A DNA stretch of 64,000 nucleotides from an uncultured Anaerolineales bacterium (GTDB lineage: Bacteria; Chloroflexota; Anaerolineae; Epilineales; Epilineaceae), in contig CAZYVI010000010.1 in assembly GCA_964651245.1 (NCBI GenBank), forward strand, positions 93,182-157,181. Direction: 5' to 3'. Under the pieces are notes generated by a model. That model searched no databases and had not been told where the DNA came from. It was given only the letters and a program-made list of their open reading frames with translations. The translations under genes and the position numbers were made by a program. How positions within the stretch are numbered: position 1 is the stretch's first letter; every line of letters starts with the position of its first letter. Below, in pieces: positions 8,038 through 18,617 of the stretch.

Positions 8038-8766
8038 GTGGGCCTGGACCTGGCGCTGCGGGCGCGGCGCGGCGCGTTCGCGCTCGAGGCGCGGCTGGCC
8101 TGCGCGGCGGGCGAGGTCTGCGCCGTCGTCGGGCCCAACGGGGCCGGCAAGAGCACGCTGCTGGCGGCCATCGCCGGGCTGGTGCGGCCCGACGACGGCC
8201 ACGTCACGCTCGACGGCGTCGATCTGGACCGCGCCGGCGCCGGCTGGCGCCGGGCCCACGTGCCGCCGCGCCGGCGCCCGATCGGCGTCGTGTTCCAGGA
8301 CCGGCTGCTGTTCCCGCACTTGGACGCGCTCGACAACACCGCGTTCCCGCTGCGCGCCCGCGGCGTGGCCGCGGCCGAGGCGTGCGCCCGGGCCCAGGCG
8401 GCGCTCGACGACGTCGGCGTCGGCCACAAGGCCGCCGCGCGGCCGGCGGCGCTGTCGGGCGGCGAGGCGCAGCGCGTGGCGCTGGCGCGGGCGCTCGTGA
8501 CGCGGCCGCGGCTGCTGCTCCTCGACGAACCGCTGGTGGCCCTCGACGGCCCGGCGCGGGCGCGGATCGTCGAGCTGCTGCAGTCGATCGTGACGCGCTT
8601 CGACGGCGTCGCGTTGTGGGTGACGCACGACCCGCGCGACGTGCGCGCGGTGGCCGACACGCTCGTCGTGGTCGAGGCCGGCGCCGTCACCGAGGCCGGA
8701 CCGGCCGCCGCGGTGCTCGCGGCGCCGCGCAGCGCGTTCCTGCGCGGCCTCGTCGGGTCCGGGTGA
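8038..8766 (+). CDS. modC: ABC transporter ATP-binding protein (ModC-like, lacks a TOBE domain)
   Basis: Walker A GPNGAGKST, Q-loop, signature LSGGEAQRVALARAL, Walker B LLLLDEP, H-loop VTHD. GTG at 8038 lies 9 nt after the modB stop. Confidence 0.7.
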   Translation: MGLDLALRARRGAFALEARLACAAGEVCAVVGPNGAGKSTLLAAIAGLVRPDDGHVTLDGVDLDRAGAGWRRAHVPPRRRPIGVVFQDRLLFPHLDALDNTAFPLRARGVAAAEACARAQAALDDVGVGHKAAARPAALSGGEAQRVALARALVTRPRLLLLDEPLVALDGPARARIVELLQSIVTRFDGVALWVTHDPRDVRAVADTLVVVEAGAVTEAGPAAAVLAAPRSAFLRGLVGSG

Positions 8767-8827
8767 GGTGCGGCGCGCGCGGCGGGTTCGCGCGCGCCGC
8801 GCCGATCCGATTGGCCGCCGCCCGCCG

Positions 8828-11164
8828 CTAGCGCGCCCCGCCGCCCAGCCGCAACGGCGCCTGCGCGACGGGCGCGGCGGCGCCCGTGCCGTGCGCCAGC
8901 CGCCAGATGCCGTCGAGCCCGACGCCGCTGAACCGCTCGGGCGTCGTCTGGCCGGGCCAGGTCACGGCCACGCCGGTGACGGCCGTGGCGTCGCCGAGGC
9001 CAAGCTCGACCTGAAGGCTGTTGCCGCCGAAGCTGCTGCCGGTGCCGACGAGGCGGTGGAGCGTCCGCGGACCCGCCGGCGTCGCCAGCTCGACCGCCAC
9101 CCGCGCGCCGACGGCGAACGGGTTGGCGCCCGGGCCGCTCAGCCGCAGCGTCGCCCAGCGGTGGCCGTGGCCGGGGTTCTCGTAGAGCACGTTCGGGTAC
9201 CAATCGCCCTCCCAGGCGCCGCCCAGGTCGGCGTAGACGTCCTGGTCGCCGTCGTGGTCGAGGTCGGCGAACGCCACGCCGTGCCCCTTCTGGAGGTTGC
9301 CGAAGCCGCCGCTGGTGGTGATGTCCTCGAACCGGCCGTCGGCGGTGCCGCGGAAGGCGCGGTTGGGGACCAGGGCGCGGTAGTCGGGGTTGCCGGTGCC
9401 GAGCAGGAAGTCCTCCCAGCCGTCGTTGTCGAAGTCGCCGAAGTTCGTGCCCATGGCGTAGAACACGCGGCCGACGCCCGCCGCCGGCGCCACGTCCTCG
9501 AACGTGCCGTCGCCGCGGTTGCGGTACAGCGCCAGGCGCGACGCCGTCGTCGGCAGGCCGAGCAGGTCGGCCAGGGTGTCGTGGGCGGGGCGGACGTCGC
9601 TGCCCTGCTGGCCGAACGGGGCCACCAGCAGGTCGAGCCAGCCGTCGTTGTCGAAGTCCCACCACCACGTCGAGAAGCTGTTGCGGGGGCCCGCCACGCC
9701 GGCGGCGGCGGTGACGTCGCGGAAGCGCCAGGCGCCGGCGTCGTCCGGGCCCTCGTTGCGCCACAGCACGTTGTCCTGGCCCATCCGGCTTAGGTACAGG
9801 TCGGGGCGGCCGTCGTTGTCGTAGTCGCCCCACGCCGCGCCCTTGATGTAGCCCGGCAGGTCGACGCCCGCGGCCGCGGCGATGTCGGTGAAGGTCCCGT
9901 CGCCGTTGTTGCGCATGAGCTGGTTGGGGTGGCCCGTCCCGCCGTCGGCGTTCTCGTTGCCGACGAACAGGTCGAGGTCGCCGTCGCCGTCGAAGTCGGC
10001 CCAGGTGCCGGCCTGCGTCGGGTGGTCGGCGAGCAGGCCGGCGGCCTCGGTCACGTCCTCGAACGTCCCGTCGCCGCGGTTGCGCAGGAGCGAGCTGGGG
10101 AACGTCGAGCCGCCCATGCGCCACGCCCCGCGGTAGACCATCGCGTCGAGCCAGCCGTCGCCGTCGGCGTCGACCTGGTGGACGTGCAGGCCGCCGGTCA
10201 GGCCGGTGAGGCCGGCGGCGGCGGTGTGGTCGACGAACGTGCCGTCGCCCTGGCCGACCCAGAAGTGGAGCGGGTCCGACACCCCCCACGACGAGTTGAG
10301 GATGTCCAGCAGGCCGTCGCCCGTGAAGTCGTCGATCGCGACGCCGCCGGCCAGGCCCGGTGCGTCGACGCCGAGCGCCGGCGCGATGTCGGTGAAGCGG
10401 CCGATGTCGGCGTCCGAGGCGAACAGCGACGGGTCCAACCGCTGCGCCTCGGCCACACCGTCGGGCCAGGTGCCGCGGGCCATGTGGGCGACGTTGAGCA
10501 GCCAGCGGCTGGTCAGGTCGTTGGGGTCGACCCGCAGCAGGACCTCGAACTCCGGGATCGCGCGGTCGACGCCCTGGGTGTCCTGGTGCACGCCGTCCCC
10601 TTGGATAGGCAGCACGCACGAGTCGGCGTTGTGGTTCGCGTTGCAGTTCGTGACCTCGCCGTAGCGCAGCCAGGTGGTGCCGATCATCGACGTCAACGTC
10701 CGCAGCGCTTCGGAGTCGGACAGGTTCGAGAACGAGCGCAGCTCGGAGCGCAGGGCTTCGAACGTGGCGATGGCCTCGGGGAATCGCCCGGCCCCCAGCT
10801 GGTCCATGGCGATGCGGAAGCCGTGGTTGAAGCGGCCTTGCGCGTCGGCGGGCACCGGCATGCGCTCGAGCGCCGCCAGCCGGATCGAGCTCTCGTAGGT
10901 CGCGGTCTCCAGCGTCAGGTCGGCCACGAGCCGCTGGAGACGGGCGGCCATGGCGACGGTGCCGGGCGGTTGACCGACGCCGGACGGCGCCTGGGCGGCC
11001 GGCGCGGCGCCGTGCCCGTGGCCGCCCGGGCCGGGGGCGATGGCCGGGCTGTCGGCCGCCGCGGCCGGCGGCGGGGCCGGGGGCGGCGCCGCCGACCGGC
11101 TGCCCGCGCAGGACGACACGAGCGCGGCGGCCAGCAGGGCCAGCGCGCGCGACGGGTGCTGCAT
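8828..11164 (-). CDS. lipoprotein with FG-GAP/VCBS repeats and a C-terminal ASPIC/UnbV domain (CRTAC1-like)
   Basis: Signal peptide with lipobox LVSSC. Repeated [14 protein letters not shown] / [11 protein letters not shown] / DFDNDGW motifs. C-terminal [26 protein letters not shown] lies 7 nt upstream of the ATG at 11162-11164. The 360-codon upstream extension in ORF 8828..12244 is Arg/Pro junk. Confidence 0.7.
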   Translation of the reverse strand: MQHPSRALALLAAALVSSCAGSRSAAPPPAPPPAAAADSPAIAPGPGGHGHGAAPAAQAPSGVGQPPGTVAMAARLQRLVADLTLETATYESSIRLAALERMPVPADAQGRFNHGFRIAMDQLGAGRFPEAIATFEALRSELRSFSNLSDSEALRTLTSMIGTTWLRYGEVTNCNANHNADSCVLPIQGDGVHQDTQGVDRAIPEFEVLLRVDPNDLTSRWLLNVAHMARGTWPDGVAEAQRLDPSLFASDADIGRFTDIAPALGVDAPGLAGGVAIDDFTGDGLLDILNSSWGVSDPLHFWVGQGDGTFVDHTAAAGLTGLTGGLHVHQVDADGDGWLDAMVYRGAWRMGGSTFPSSLLRNRGDGTFEDVTEAAGLLADHPTQAGTWADFDGDGDLDLFVGNENADGGTGHPNQLMRNNGDGTFTDIAAAAGVDLPGYIKGAAWGDYDNDGRPDLYLSRMGQDNVLWRNEGPDDAGAWRFRDVTAAAGVAGPRNSFSTWWWDFDNDGWLDLLVAPFGQQGSDVRPAHDTLADLLGLPTTASRLALYRNRGDGTFEDVAPAAGVGRVFYAMGTNFGDFDNDGWEDFLLGTGNPDYRALVPNRAFRGTADGRFEDITTSGGFGNLQKGHGVAFADLDHDGDQDVYADLGGAWEGDWYPNVLYENPGHGHRWATLRLSGPGANPFAVGARVAVELATPAGPRTLHRLVGTGSSFGGNSLQVELGLGDATAVTGVAVTWPGQTTPERFSGVGLDGIWRLAHGTGAAAPVAQAPLRLGGGAR

Positions 11165-11403
11165 CGAGGGATCCTCTTCGGTTGGGCGCGGACGGACACG
11201 CCCGGCCGCCGGGAAGGTCACGGGGGGAGCTCGAGGCGCGGATGGGGAGGATCCGCGCGCGAAGACCAGCCGCCGGCCGGCCGCCAAACCAGGCCGACGG
11301 AGTCCTCGCGTTGCGACGATGCAACGCAACACCGCGCCGGCCCGTGACGATAGGCGATCCGTCGATCTCGCCCGCGCGCGCCCGAAGGCGTCGCGCCGGC
11401 CCG

Positions 11404-12159
11404 CTACAACGGGTCGCGCGACGGCGTCCCGGCCTTGCGCGGGTAGGCGCGCGGCGTCGGGCGGCGCTTGTCGACGACGACGAGGTGGCGGGGGCGGTCG
11501 AGACCGGGCAGCTGGTAGGCCAGCCGCGGCCGCGACCGGCCGCCGAGCACCGACAGCGCGGCGACGCTGGCCGCCACCTCGGCGTCGGCGTCGGCGCCCT
11601 TGTACGCCACCACCCGGCCGCCGACGGCCACGAGCGGCAGGGTGTACTCCAGCAGCACCGGCAGCGGCGCCAGGGCGCGGGCGACGGCCAGGTCGAAGCG
11701 CTCGCGCAGGGCGCGGTCGCGGCCGGCGTCCTCGACGCGGCAGTGCAGGGCCGTGACGTTGCCCAGCTCCAGCGCCGCGACGGCCTGCTCGAGGTAGGCG
11801 ACGACCTTGCCGGTGGCCTCGATGAGCGTGAAGCGCCAGCGCGGCCGCATCACCGCCAGCGGCAGCCCCGGGAAGCCGGCGCCGGTGCCGACGTCGACGA
11901 CGGTCAGCGGCCGGTCGGGGTCGAGGTCGGCCATCGCCCGCAGGCCGATGAGGCTGTCGACGATGTGCTGGACGGCGATGTCGGCCGGCGCGGTGATCCG
12001 GGTCAGGTTCATGCGCTGGTTCGCGCCCAGCAGTGCCGCCCCCAGCCGGGCGAACCGCGCCAGCTGCGCCTCGTCGACGGCGATGCCGTGCGCCGCGGCC
12101 AGGTCGCGGACGACGTCGAGGTCGACCGCGGCGGGCGGGTCGGGCGGGGAGGCGGTCAT
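11404..12159 (-). CDS. rsmG: 16S rRNA (guanine527-N7)-methyltransferase RsmG (GidB)
   Basis: [54 protein letters not shown] at 12157-12159. Confidence 0.8.
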   Translation of the reverse strand: MTASPPDPPAAVDLDVVRDLAAAHGIAVDEAQLARFARLGAALLGANQRMNLTRITAPADIAVQHIVDSLIGLRAMADLDPDRPLTVVDVGTGAGFPGLPLAVMRPRWRFTLIEATGKVVAYLEQAVAALELGNVTALHCRVEDAGRDRALRERFDLAVARALAPLPVLLEYTLPLVAVGGRVVAYKGADADAEVAASVAALSVLGGRSRPRLAYQLPGLDRPRHLVVVDKRRPTPRAYPRKAGTPSRDPL

Positions 12160-12282
12160 GGCGCCAAGTGTATACTGAGCCGCCGCGCGGCACGGGGCCG
12201 GCGGCGGGCTCGACGCGCCGCATCGCGGCGGCCGCGCGAGCCACCGCCGCGCGGCGGACCGTTTCGCACAGCGAGGAACGCC

Positions 12283-13581
12283 ATGCACCCTCCGACGGAC
12301 GCGCCCCCGCCGTTCGCCGACGCGGCGGAGGCGGTCGGCGCGGCGCTGCAGCGCCCGCTGGCCGAGGTCGACCCGGCGATCGCGGCCCTGGTGGCGGCCG
12401 AGGGCGAGCGCCAGCGGACCGGCATCGAGCTCATCGCCAGCGAGAACTTCACCAGCCGCGCCGTGCGCGAGGCCGTCGGCTCGGTCCTGACGAACAAGTA
12501 CGCCGAGGGGCTGCCGGGAAAGCGCTATTACGGCGGCTGCGAGATCGTCGACCAGGTCGAGGACCTCGCCCGCGAGCGGGCCAAGGCGCTGTTCGGCGCC
12601 GCGCACGCCAACGTTCAGCCGCACGCCGGATCGCCGGCCAACATGGCGGCCTACCGCGCCCTCATCCGGCCCGGCGACCTCATCATGGCGATGCGGCTCG
12701 ACCAGGGCGGCCACCTGACGCACGGCAGCCCGGTCAACTTCAGCGGCACCGACTACCGCGTCGTGGCCTACGGCGTCGACCCGGCGACCGAGCGGATCGA
12801 CATCGACGCCTTCGCCGCGCTCGCCCGCGAGCACCGCCCGGCGCTCGTCGTCGGCGGCGCCACGGCCTACCCGCGGGCGATCGACTTCGCGGCGATGGCG
12901 GAGGTGGCGCGCGAGGTCGGGGCGTACTTCGTCGTCGACATGGCCCACATCGCCGGGCTGGTGGCGGCGCGGCTGCACCCCGATCCGGTGCCGCATGCCG
13001 ACATCGTGACGACGACGACCCACAAGACGCTGCGCGGGCCGCGCGGCGGGCTCATCCTCTGCACGGCCGAGCACGCCAAGGCCGTCGACAAGATCGTCTT
13101 CCCGCACCTCCAGGGCGGCCCGCTCGAGCACGTCATCGCCGGCAAGGCCGTGGCGCTGCTCGAGGCGGCCCAGCCGGCGTTCGCCGCCTATCAGGCCGCC
13201 GTCATCGCCAACGCCCGCGCCCTGGCCGACGCGCTGGCCGGCCACGGCTTCCGGATCGTCTCGGGCGGCACCGACAACCACATCGTCTTGGTCGACCTGC
13301 GGCCGAAGGGCCTGACGGGCAAGGCGGCCGAGGCGCGCCTCGACCGCGCCGGCATCACGACGAACAAGAACACGATCCCGTTCGACCCCGAGTCGCCGTT
13401 CGTCACCAGCGGCCTGCGCCTCGGCACGCCGGCCGTGACGACGCGCGGGATGGGCGAGGACGACATGCGCACGATCGCAGGCTGGATCGACGACGCCCTC
13501 GACGGGCCGGAGGACGACGCGGCGCTGGCGCGGATCCGCGGGGCGGTGGGCGAGATGGCGGGGGGGTACCCGGTGCCGTAG
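12283..13581 (+). CDS. glyA: serine hydroxymethyltransferase
   Basis: [41 protein letters not shown], and the PLP-Lys region. GAGGA lies 5 nt upstream of the ATG at 12283. Confidence 0.9.
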   Translation: MHPPTDAPPPFADAAEAVGAALQRPLAEVDPAIAALVAAEGERQRTGIELIASENFTSRAVREAVGSVLTNKYAEGLPGKRYYGGCEIVDQVEDLARERAKALFGAAHANVQPHAGSPANMAAYRALIRPGDLIMAMRLDQGGHLTHGSPVNFSGTDYRVVAYGVDPATERIDIDAFAALAREHRPALVVGGATAYPRAIDFAAMAEVAREVGAYFVVDMAHIAGLVAARLHPDPVPHADIVTTTTHKTLRGPRGGLILCTAEHAKAVDKIVFPHLQGGPLEHVIAGKAVALLEAAQPAFAAYQAAVIANARALADALAGHGFRIVSGGTDNHIVLVDLRPKGLTGKAAEARLDRAGITTNKNTIPFDPESPFVTSGLRLGTPAVTTRGMGEDDMRTIAGWIDDALDGPEDDAALARIRGAVGEMAGGYPVP

Positions 13582-13728
13582 CGGGACGACGCAGGCGGCA
13601 ACACGGCGTCGGCGACCGCGTCGACGTCGGGGCGATGCGGGAGCGACGAGATGGCGGTGCCGGCCACGGCGCGCACCGGCCGTCGCGAGCGCTCGAGCAC
13701 GACCGATCGATCACAGGGGGGCATGCGC

Positions 13729-14583
13729 ATGGAGATCCAAACCGTGGGCGTCATCGGCTGCGGCCTGATGGGGTCGGGCATCGTCGAGGTCTGCGCCCGC
13801 AGCGGCCTCAGCGTCGTCGTGCGCGAGGTGTCGCAGCCGGCGCTGCACGCCGGGCTGGGGCGGCTGCGGACATCGCTGGACAAGGGCCTCGAGCGCGGCA
13901 AGCTCAGCGCCGACGACCACGCGACCGCCCTCGACCGGGTGCGCGGGACGACCGAGCTGGCCGACCTGGCCGACTGCGACTGGGTCATCGAGGCGGCGGT
14001 CGAGGACCTGGCCGTCAAGCAGGCGTTGTTCGCCGAGCTCGACGGCATCGTCGGCCCCGACACCGTGCTGTCGAGCAACACGTCGTCGATCAGCATCACC
14101 AAGATCGCCGCCGCCACCGGCCGCGCCGACCGCGTCATCGGCACCCACTTCTTCAACCCGGTGCCGGTGATGCCGCTGCTCGAGCTGGTGCGCGGCCTTC
14201 AGACCAGCGACGCGACCTATGAGCGCGCCCGGGCGCTGGGCGAGCGGCTGGGCAAGACGCTGGTGGTCTGCCTCAAGGACGCGCCCGGCTTCATCGTCAA
14301 CCGCCTGTTCATCCCGTACGGCCTGGACGCGATCCGCGCTCTCGACGACGGGGTGGCCTCGATCGAGGACTTCGACACCGCCATGAAGCTCGGCATGAGC
14401 CACCCGATGGGCCCCTTCACCCTCATGGACTTCGTCGGCCTCGACACGATGCTCTTCATCGCCGACGCGATGTACGACGAGACCAAGGACCCCCGCTACG
14501 CCGCCCCGCCGCGCCTGCGGCAGATGGTGGCGGCGGGGTGGCTGGGGCGGAAGAGCGGGCGGGGGTTTTACGCGTACGGGTAA
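13729..14583 (+). CDS. 3-hydroxybutyryl-CoA / 3-hydroxyacyl-CoA dehydrogenase
   Basis: Rossmann VGVIGCGLMGSGI, SNTSSISIT, HFFNPVPVMPLLE. A G6 tract lies 7 nt upstream of the ATG at 13729; an alternative ATG sits 6 nt earlier. Confidence 0.8.
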   Translation: MEIQTVGVIGCGLMGSGIVEVCARSGLSVVVREVSQPALHAGLGRLRTSLDKGLERGKLSADDHATALDRVRGTTELADLADCDWVIEAAVEDLAVKQALFAELDGIVGPDTVLSSNTSSISITKIAAATGRADRVIGTHFFNPVPVMPLLELVRGLQTSDATYERARALGERLGKTLVVCLKDAPGFIVNRLFIPYGLDAIRALDDGVASIEDFDTAMKLGMSHPMGPFTLMDFVGLDTMLFIADAMYDETKDPRYAAPPRLRQMVAAGWLGRKSGRGFYAYG

Positions 14584-14704
14584 ACGTGGTGGCTGGGCGT
14601 CGCGATCAGCGTCGGCAGCCCGGTGGCCGTCGCGCTGTGCATGGGGGCGTGGGCCAGCCCGTTCGTGCTCGTCTGGTTCGTGGCGGTGATCGCCGGGGGG
14701 CAGC

Positions 14705-15142
14705 ATGACCGTCCACCGCATGGACAACGTCGGCATCGTCGTCGAGGACCTCGATGCCGCCATCGCGTTCTTCACCGAGCTTGGCCTAGATCTCGAGGGC
14801 CGCGCCCACATCGAGGGCGACTGGGCATCGGGCGTCACGGGACTGCGCGACATGCGCGTCGAGATCGCCATGATGCGCACGCCGGATGGCCACAGCCGGC
14901 TCGAGCTGTCCCGCTTCCTCGCGCCGCCCGTGGTCGCCGATCACCGCGGCGCGCCCGTGAACGCGCTGGGCTACCTGCGCGTCATGTTCACCGTGGCGGA
15001 CCTCGATGACACCCTCGCCCGCCTCGGCCAACACGGCGCCGAGCTCGTCGGCGAGGTGGCCCAGTACGAGGACAGGTATCGCCTCTGCTACGTCCGGGGG
15101 CCTGAAGGCATTCTGATCGGGCTGGCCGAAGAGCTCGGGTAG
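14705..15142 (+). CDS. VOC-family (glyoxalase/bleomycin-resistance fold) protein
   Basis: MDNVGIVVEDLDAAIAFF...paired beta-alpha-beta-beta-beta composition. A G7 tract lies 4 nt upstream of the ATG. Confidence 0.6.
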   Translation: MTVHRMDNVGIVVEDLDAAIAFFTELGLDLEGRAHIEGDWASGVTGLRDMRVEIAMMRTPDGHSRLELSRFLAPPVVADHRGAPVNALGYLRVMFTVADLDDTLARLGQHGAELVGEVAQYEDRYRLCYVRGPEGILIGLAEELG

Positions 15143-15204
15143 CCGTGTTGTACAGCCGCCCCGCGCAGTGGGTTCCGCGCTGCCCCGACACGGCGCGTGC
15201 GCCA

Positions 15205-15232
15205 TTGACGCAGTGCGCCGATGGCGTATACT
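15205..15232 (+). promoter_or_regulatory. sigma70-like promoter (TTGACG-N16-TATACT) giving a leaderless toxin-antitoxin transcript
   Basis: -35 TTGACG at 15205-15210 and -10 TATACT at 15227-15232. The GTG start at 15240 lies 7 nt past the -10, so the predicted transcription start coincides with the start codon. Confidence 0.45.
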
Positions 15233-15239
15233 TCTGCTC

Positions 15240-15530
15240 GTGAAGGTCTCCTGGGATCCCGCCAAGAGCGTCGCCAATCGCACGAAGCATGGCGTTTCGT
15301 TCGAGGAGGCTCAGGAGTTGTTCACTTCTGGGGTCGACTACCTCGAGATCTTCGACGACGCCCACTCCGACGACGAGGACCGGTTTCTGGCGATCGGGCC
15401 GATCCGCCGCGGCTTGGTGCTCGTGGTGTGGACCGAGCGCGACGAGCAGGAGATACGTGTCATCAGTGCGCGCTGGGCCACGCCGCGTGAAGCGCAACGC
15501 TTCACCGAACATCTGGAGCACCGATCATGA
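15240..15530 (+). CDS. brnT: BrnT-like (DUF497, RelE-fold) toxin
   Basis: KVSWDPAKSVANRTKHGVSFEEAQELF...VLVVWTERDEQEIRVISARWATPREAQRF. The stop overlaps the next start as ATGA at 15527-15530. Confidence 0.7.
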   Translation: MKVSWDPAKSVANRTKHGVSFEEAQELFTSGVDYLEIFDDAHSDDEDRFLAIGPIRRGLVLVVWTERDEQEIRVISARWATPREAQRFTEHLEHRS

Positions 15531-15820
15531 GCGATGAGATCCAGGAGCTGACGGATACCCAGCTGGCGCGCGCCATCCCGGCAAGCCTGCGCCGCCGTTT
15601 GATGGCCGGCGACATCCGGTCCGGCGAAGACGTGGCGGCCGTTCGACGCTTCGTCGGCCTGTCCCAGACCGAGTTCGCCCGCGCGATCGGTATCAGCGTG
15701 TCGACGCTGCGGAACTGGGAGCAGGGCCGCCGTCATCCGGAGGGTCCCGCCATCGCGCTGCTTCGCATTGCGGTCCGCCACCCGAGGATCATCCGCGAAA
15801 GCCTCGGACGCGCGGCCTGA
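15527..15820 (+). CDS. HTH-XRE antitoxin (COG2944/MqsA-HigA-like) partner of BrnT
   Basis: C-terminal HTH GLSQTEFARAIGISVSTLRNWEQGRRHP. 4-nt ATGA overlap with the toxin gene. Confidence 0.7.
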   Translation: MSDEIQELTDTQLARAIPASLRRRLMAGDIRSGEDVAAVRRFVGLSQTEFARAIGISVSTLRNWEQGRRHPEGPAIALLRIAVRHPRIIRESLGRAA

Positions 15821-15895
15821 TCCTGCTCCTGCGGACCACGGCCTGTCGACGCCGGCGCAATGGGCGGTTGCGTAGACAGCCGTCGCGATCCCGGC

Positions 15896-17221
15896 CTACC
15901 GCAAGAAATCCCGCAGCTTCTTCGACCGCGTCGGATGCCGCAGCCGCCGGATCGCCTTCGTTTCGATCTGGCGGATGCGCTCGCGGGTGACGCCGAAGCG
16001 CTCGCCGACCTCCTCGAGGGTGTGCTGCTTGCCGTCCAGCAGGCCGTAGCGGAGCATCAGGACCTCGGCCTCGCGCGGCAGGAGGTCGTCGAGGATGAGC
16101 TCGATCTCCTCGCGCAGCATCTCGCGGCCGGCTTGCTCGGTCGGGTCGGGCGAGTCGTCGTCGGCCAGGAACTCGCCGAGCTCGCTGTCGGCCTCGTCGC
16201 CGACCTTCTTCTCGAGCGACAACGGGCGCTGGGCGATCTCGCGGATGTGCTCGACGCGCTTGACGGTGACGCCCATCTCCTGGGCCACCTCGGCCAGCGA
16301 CGGCGCGCGGCCCTGCTCCTGCTCGAGGCGGCGGAAGATCGCCATGTACTTGGCGATCTGCTCGCTCATGTGGACCGGCACCCGGATCGTGCGCGCCTGG
16401 TCGGCCAGGGCGCGGGTGATCGCCTGGCGGATCCACCACGTGGCGTAGGTGCTGAACTTGAAGCCCCGCCGCCAGTCGAACTTCTCGACGGCCCGGATCA
16501 GGCCGACGTTGCCCTCCTGGATGAGGTCCAGCAGCGGCACGTCGTTGTTGTTGTACTTCTTGGCGATGTGGACGACGAGGCGGCTGTTGGCCTGGATGAG
16601 CCGCTCGCGCGCGTCGAGGCCCTTGCGGTAGGCGGCGACGAGGACCGGGTCGGTGCCGCCCGTCGCCTTGAGCTCATTCAGGGCCGCCTCGGCGGCGCGG
16701 CCGGCCTCGTAGGCTTGGGCCAGGCTCTTCTCGTCGTCGGCCGTCAGCAGCGGGATCGAGCCGATCTCGCGCAGGTAGAGGCTGACGGCGTCGTCGCCGT
16801 CGCTGAACGACAGGTCGAGGGGCGAGACGCGGATGCCGCGCCCCGACAGGAACGGGTCGAGCTCGGCCGCCAGCGCCTCGAGGTCGAGGTCCTCGAGCTC
16901 GGCCAGGATCTCGGGCGGCGGCTCGTCGTCCGCCAGCACCGCCAGCGGGTCGACGTCGTCGGGCTCGTCGGCCAGGGCGGCGATCGGGTCGCCGTCGGCG
17001 TCGTCGGCGTCGTCCGCGCCGACGACCATCGCGCCGTCGTCCCCGTCCGCGGCGCGCACCTCGAGCCCCGCGTCCTGCGCCGCCGCCCGTAGCGCCGCCA
17101 GCGTCGCGCCGTGCCGGTCGGCGGGGGGCAGCGCCTGCGCCAGGTCGCTCGAGGTGAGGTAGCCCTGTTCCTTCGCGACGGCCCGCAAGGCCGCGAGCGC
17201 TTGGTCGAACGACATCGGCAT
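15896..17221 (-). CDS. rpoD: primary RNA polymerase sigma factor (sigma-70 family, RpoD/SigA)
   Basis: Acidic region 1.1. Region 2 [53 protein letters not shown]. Region 3 and region 4 [30 protein letters not shown]. Confidence 0.9.
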   Translation of the reverse strand: MPMSFDQALAALRAVAKEQGYLTSSDLAQALPPADRHGATLAALRAAAQDAGLEVRAADGDDGAMVVGADDADDADGDPIAALADEPDDVDPLAVLADDEPPPEILAELEDLDLEALAAELDPFLSGRGIRVSPLDLSFSDGDDAVSLYLREIGSIPLLTADDEKSLAQAYEAGRAAEAALNELKATGGTDPVLVAAYRKGLDARERLIQANSRLVVHIAKKYNNNDVPLLDLIQEGNVGLIRAVEKFDWRRGFKFSTYATWWIRQAITRALADQARTIRVPVHMSEQIAKYMAIFRRLEQEQGRAPSLAEVAQEMGVTVKRVEHIREIAQRPLSLEKKVGDEADSELGEFLADDDSPDPTEQAGREMLREEIELILDDLLPREAEVLMLRYGLLDGKQHTLEEVGERFGVTRERIRQIETKAIRRLRHPTRSKKLRDFLR

Positions 17222-17379
17222 CGGGGCGCAGATCCAGACAGGGGGGCGGCGGACGGACGGGCTGCTGGGCGTCGGTCGCGGTCCGTCCGTACGGGTGGCG
17301 CAAGTGTAGCGCCGCGGGGGGGGGAGTCAAACACACCTGCTATACTCAGGCGCTGCGCCGGCCTACACCTGCCACGACC

Positions 17380-18036
17380 ATGACCCAGCTCTTGCTCGTC
17401 CGCCATGGCATGACGGATTGGGTCGGCGAACGCCTCGCCGGCCGGACGCCGGGCATCCCGCTGAACGCCGCCGGCCGCGCCGAGGCTGCCGCCCTGGCCG
17501 CCCGCCTGGCCGATACGCCGATCGAGGCCGTCTACGCCAGCCCGTTGGAGCGCACGCGCGAGACGGCCGGCTACCTGGCCCAGCCGCGCGGCCTCGACGT
17601 GACCGTGCTCGACGGCGTCGGCGAGGTCGACTTCGGGGCCTGGACCGGTCGCCCGCTGGCCGAGCTGCGGCGCGAGAAGCTGTGGCGCACGGTGCGCGCC
17701 ACGCCCAGCGCCATGCGCTTCCCGGACGGCGAGCGCCTGCTCGACGCCCAGGCCCGGGCGCTGGCGGCGATCGAGGCGGTGCGCGCCGCGCACCCGTGGT
17801 CGACGGTGGCGGTGGTGTCGCACGCCGACATCATCAAGGCCATCCTCGCCCACCACGCCGGGCTCCACTTCGACCTGTTCCAGCGCATCACGATCGGCAC
17901 GGCCAGCCTCTCGATCCTCCACCTCGACGCCGACGGCGCGTCGGTCGTCCTGGTCAACGACGTCGGGAAGGTGCCGCCGCCGCCGAAGCCGCCCGAGCCC
18001 GAGCCGGCGGCCGAACCCGGTTCGCAGGAGGGCTAG
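17380..18036 (+). CDS. histidine-phosphatase (phosphoglycerate-mutase-like) family protein, MSMEG_4193-type
   Basis: LVRHGMTDW catalytic RHG motif and ...VVSHADIIKAI. It is the first gene of a conserved trio with the next two genes. TATACT at 17341-17346. Confidence 0.7.
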   Translation: MTQLLLVRHGMTDWVGERLAGRTPGIPLNAAGRAEAAALAARLADTPIEAVYASPLERTRETAGYLAQPRGLDVTVLDGVGEVDFGAWTGRPLAELRREKLWRTVRATPSAMRFPDGERLLDAQARALAAIEAVRAAHPWSTVAVVSHADIIKAILAHHAGLHFDLFQRITIGTASLSILHLDADGASVVLVNDVGKVPPPPKPPEPEPAAEPGSQEG

Positions 18037-18040
18037 CACG

Positions 18041-18583
18041 ATGGCGCAGCCGTTCGCCTTCGACCTCGACCCTGTGTCGTTCATCACCGTCGGCGCCGTC
18101 GGCGAGCCGGGCGCGCGCACGTTCTACCTCCAGGCAGCCGAGCAGGGCCGCACGGTGTCGCTGCTCATCGAGAAGGAGCAGGCGCTGGCGCTGGCGGCGG
18201 GCATCGAGCAGCTCTTCGCGCGGCTGCACGAGGCCGGCGTCCTGCCGACCGACGCCGTGGCGCCGGCGGCCGGTAACCTCGGGCTGCTGTTGCCGATCGA
18301 GCCGGCGTTCCGCGTCGGCCAGATGGGCATCGGCGTCGACGAGTCGCGCGAGCGGGTCGTGCTCATCGCCGAGGAGAACGACGACGACGACGTCGAGGGT
18401 CAGCGGGCGCGCTTCACGGCCAGCTACGCCCAGATGGCCGCCCTGGCCCAGCAGGCGGTCGAGGTGGCGCGCCAAGGCCGGCCGACCTGCCCGCTGTGCG
18501 GCGAGCCGCTCGACGGCGACGGTCACTTCTGCCCGCGCAAGAACGGCAAGCCGGCCCCGCCGCCGGACGTGCCGGACGCCTGA
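18041..18583 (+). CDS. DUF3090-like protein with a C-terminal CxxC...C zinc-ribbon
   Basis: Conserved-looking FDLDPVSFITVGAVGEPGARTFYLQA and a C-terminal CPLCGEPLDGDGHFCPR. GGAGGG lies 8 nt upstream of the ATG and 5 nt after the previous stop. Confidence 0.55.
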   Translation: MAQPFAFDLDPVSFITVGAVGEPGARTFYLQAAEQGRTVSLLIEKEQALALAAGIEQLFARLHEAGVLPTDAVAPAAGNLGLLLPIEPAFRVGQMGIGVDESRERVVLIAEENDDDDVEGQRARFTASYAQMAALAQQAVEVARQGRPTCPLCGEPLDGDGHFCPRKNGKPAPPPDVPDA

Positions 18584-18617
18584 CCGGGCGCCCACGGCCC
18601 GCCGCGCCGGCCCGCCG

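Noticed and set aside
11165-12244. N-terminal 360-codon extension of the ASPIC lipoprotein ORF (8828..12244).
   Set aside because: The extension is Arg/Pro/Gly-rich and overlaps rsmG. The real start at 11164 has a signal peptide, lipobox and RBS.
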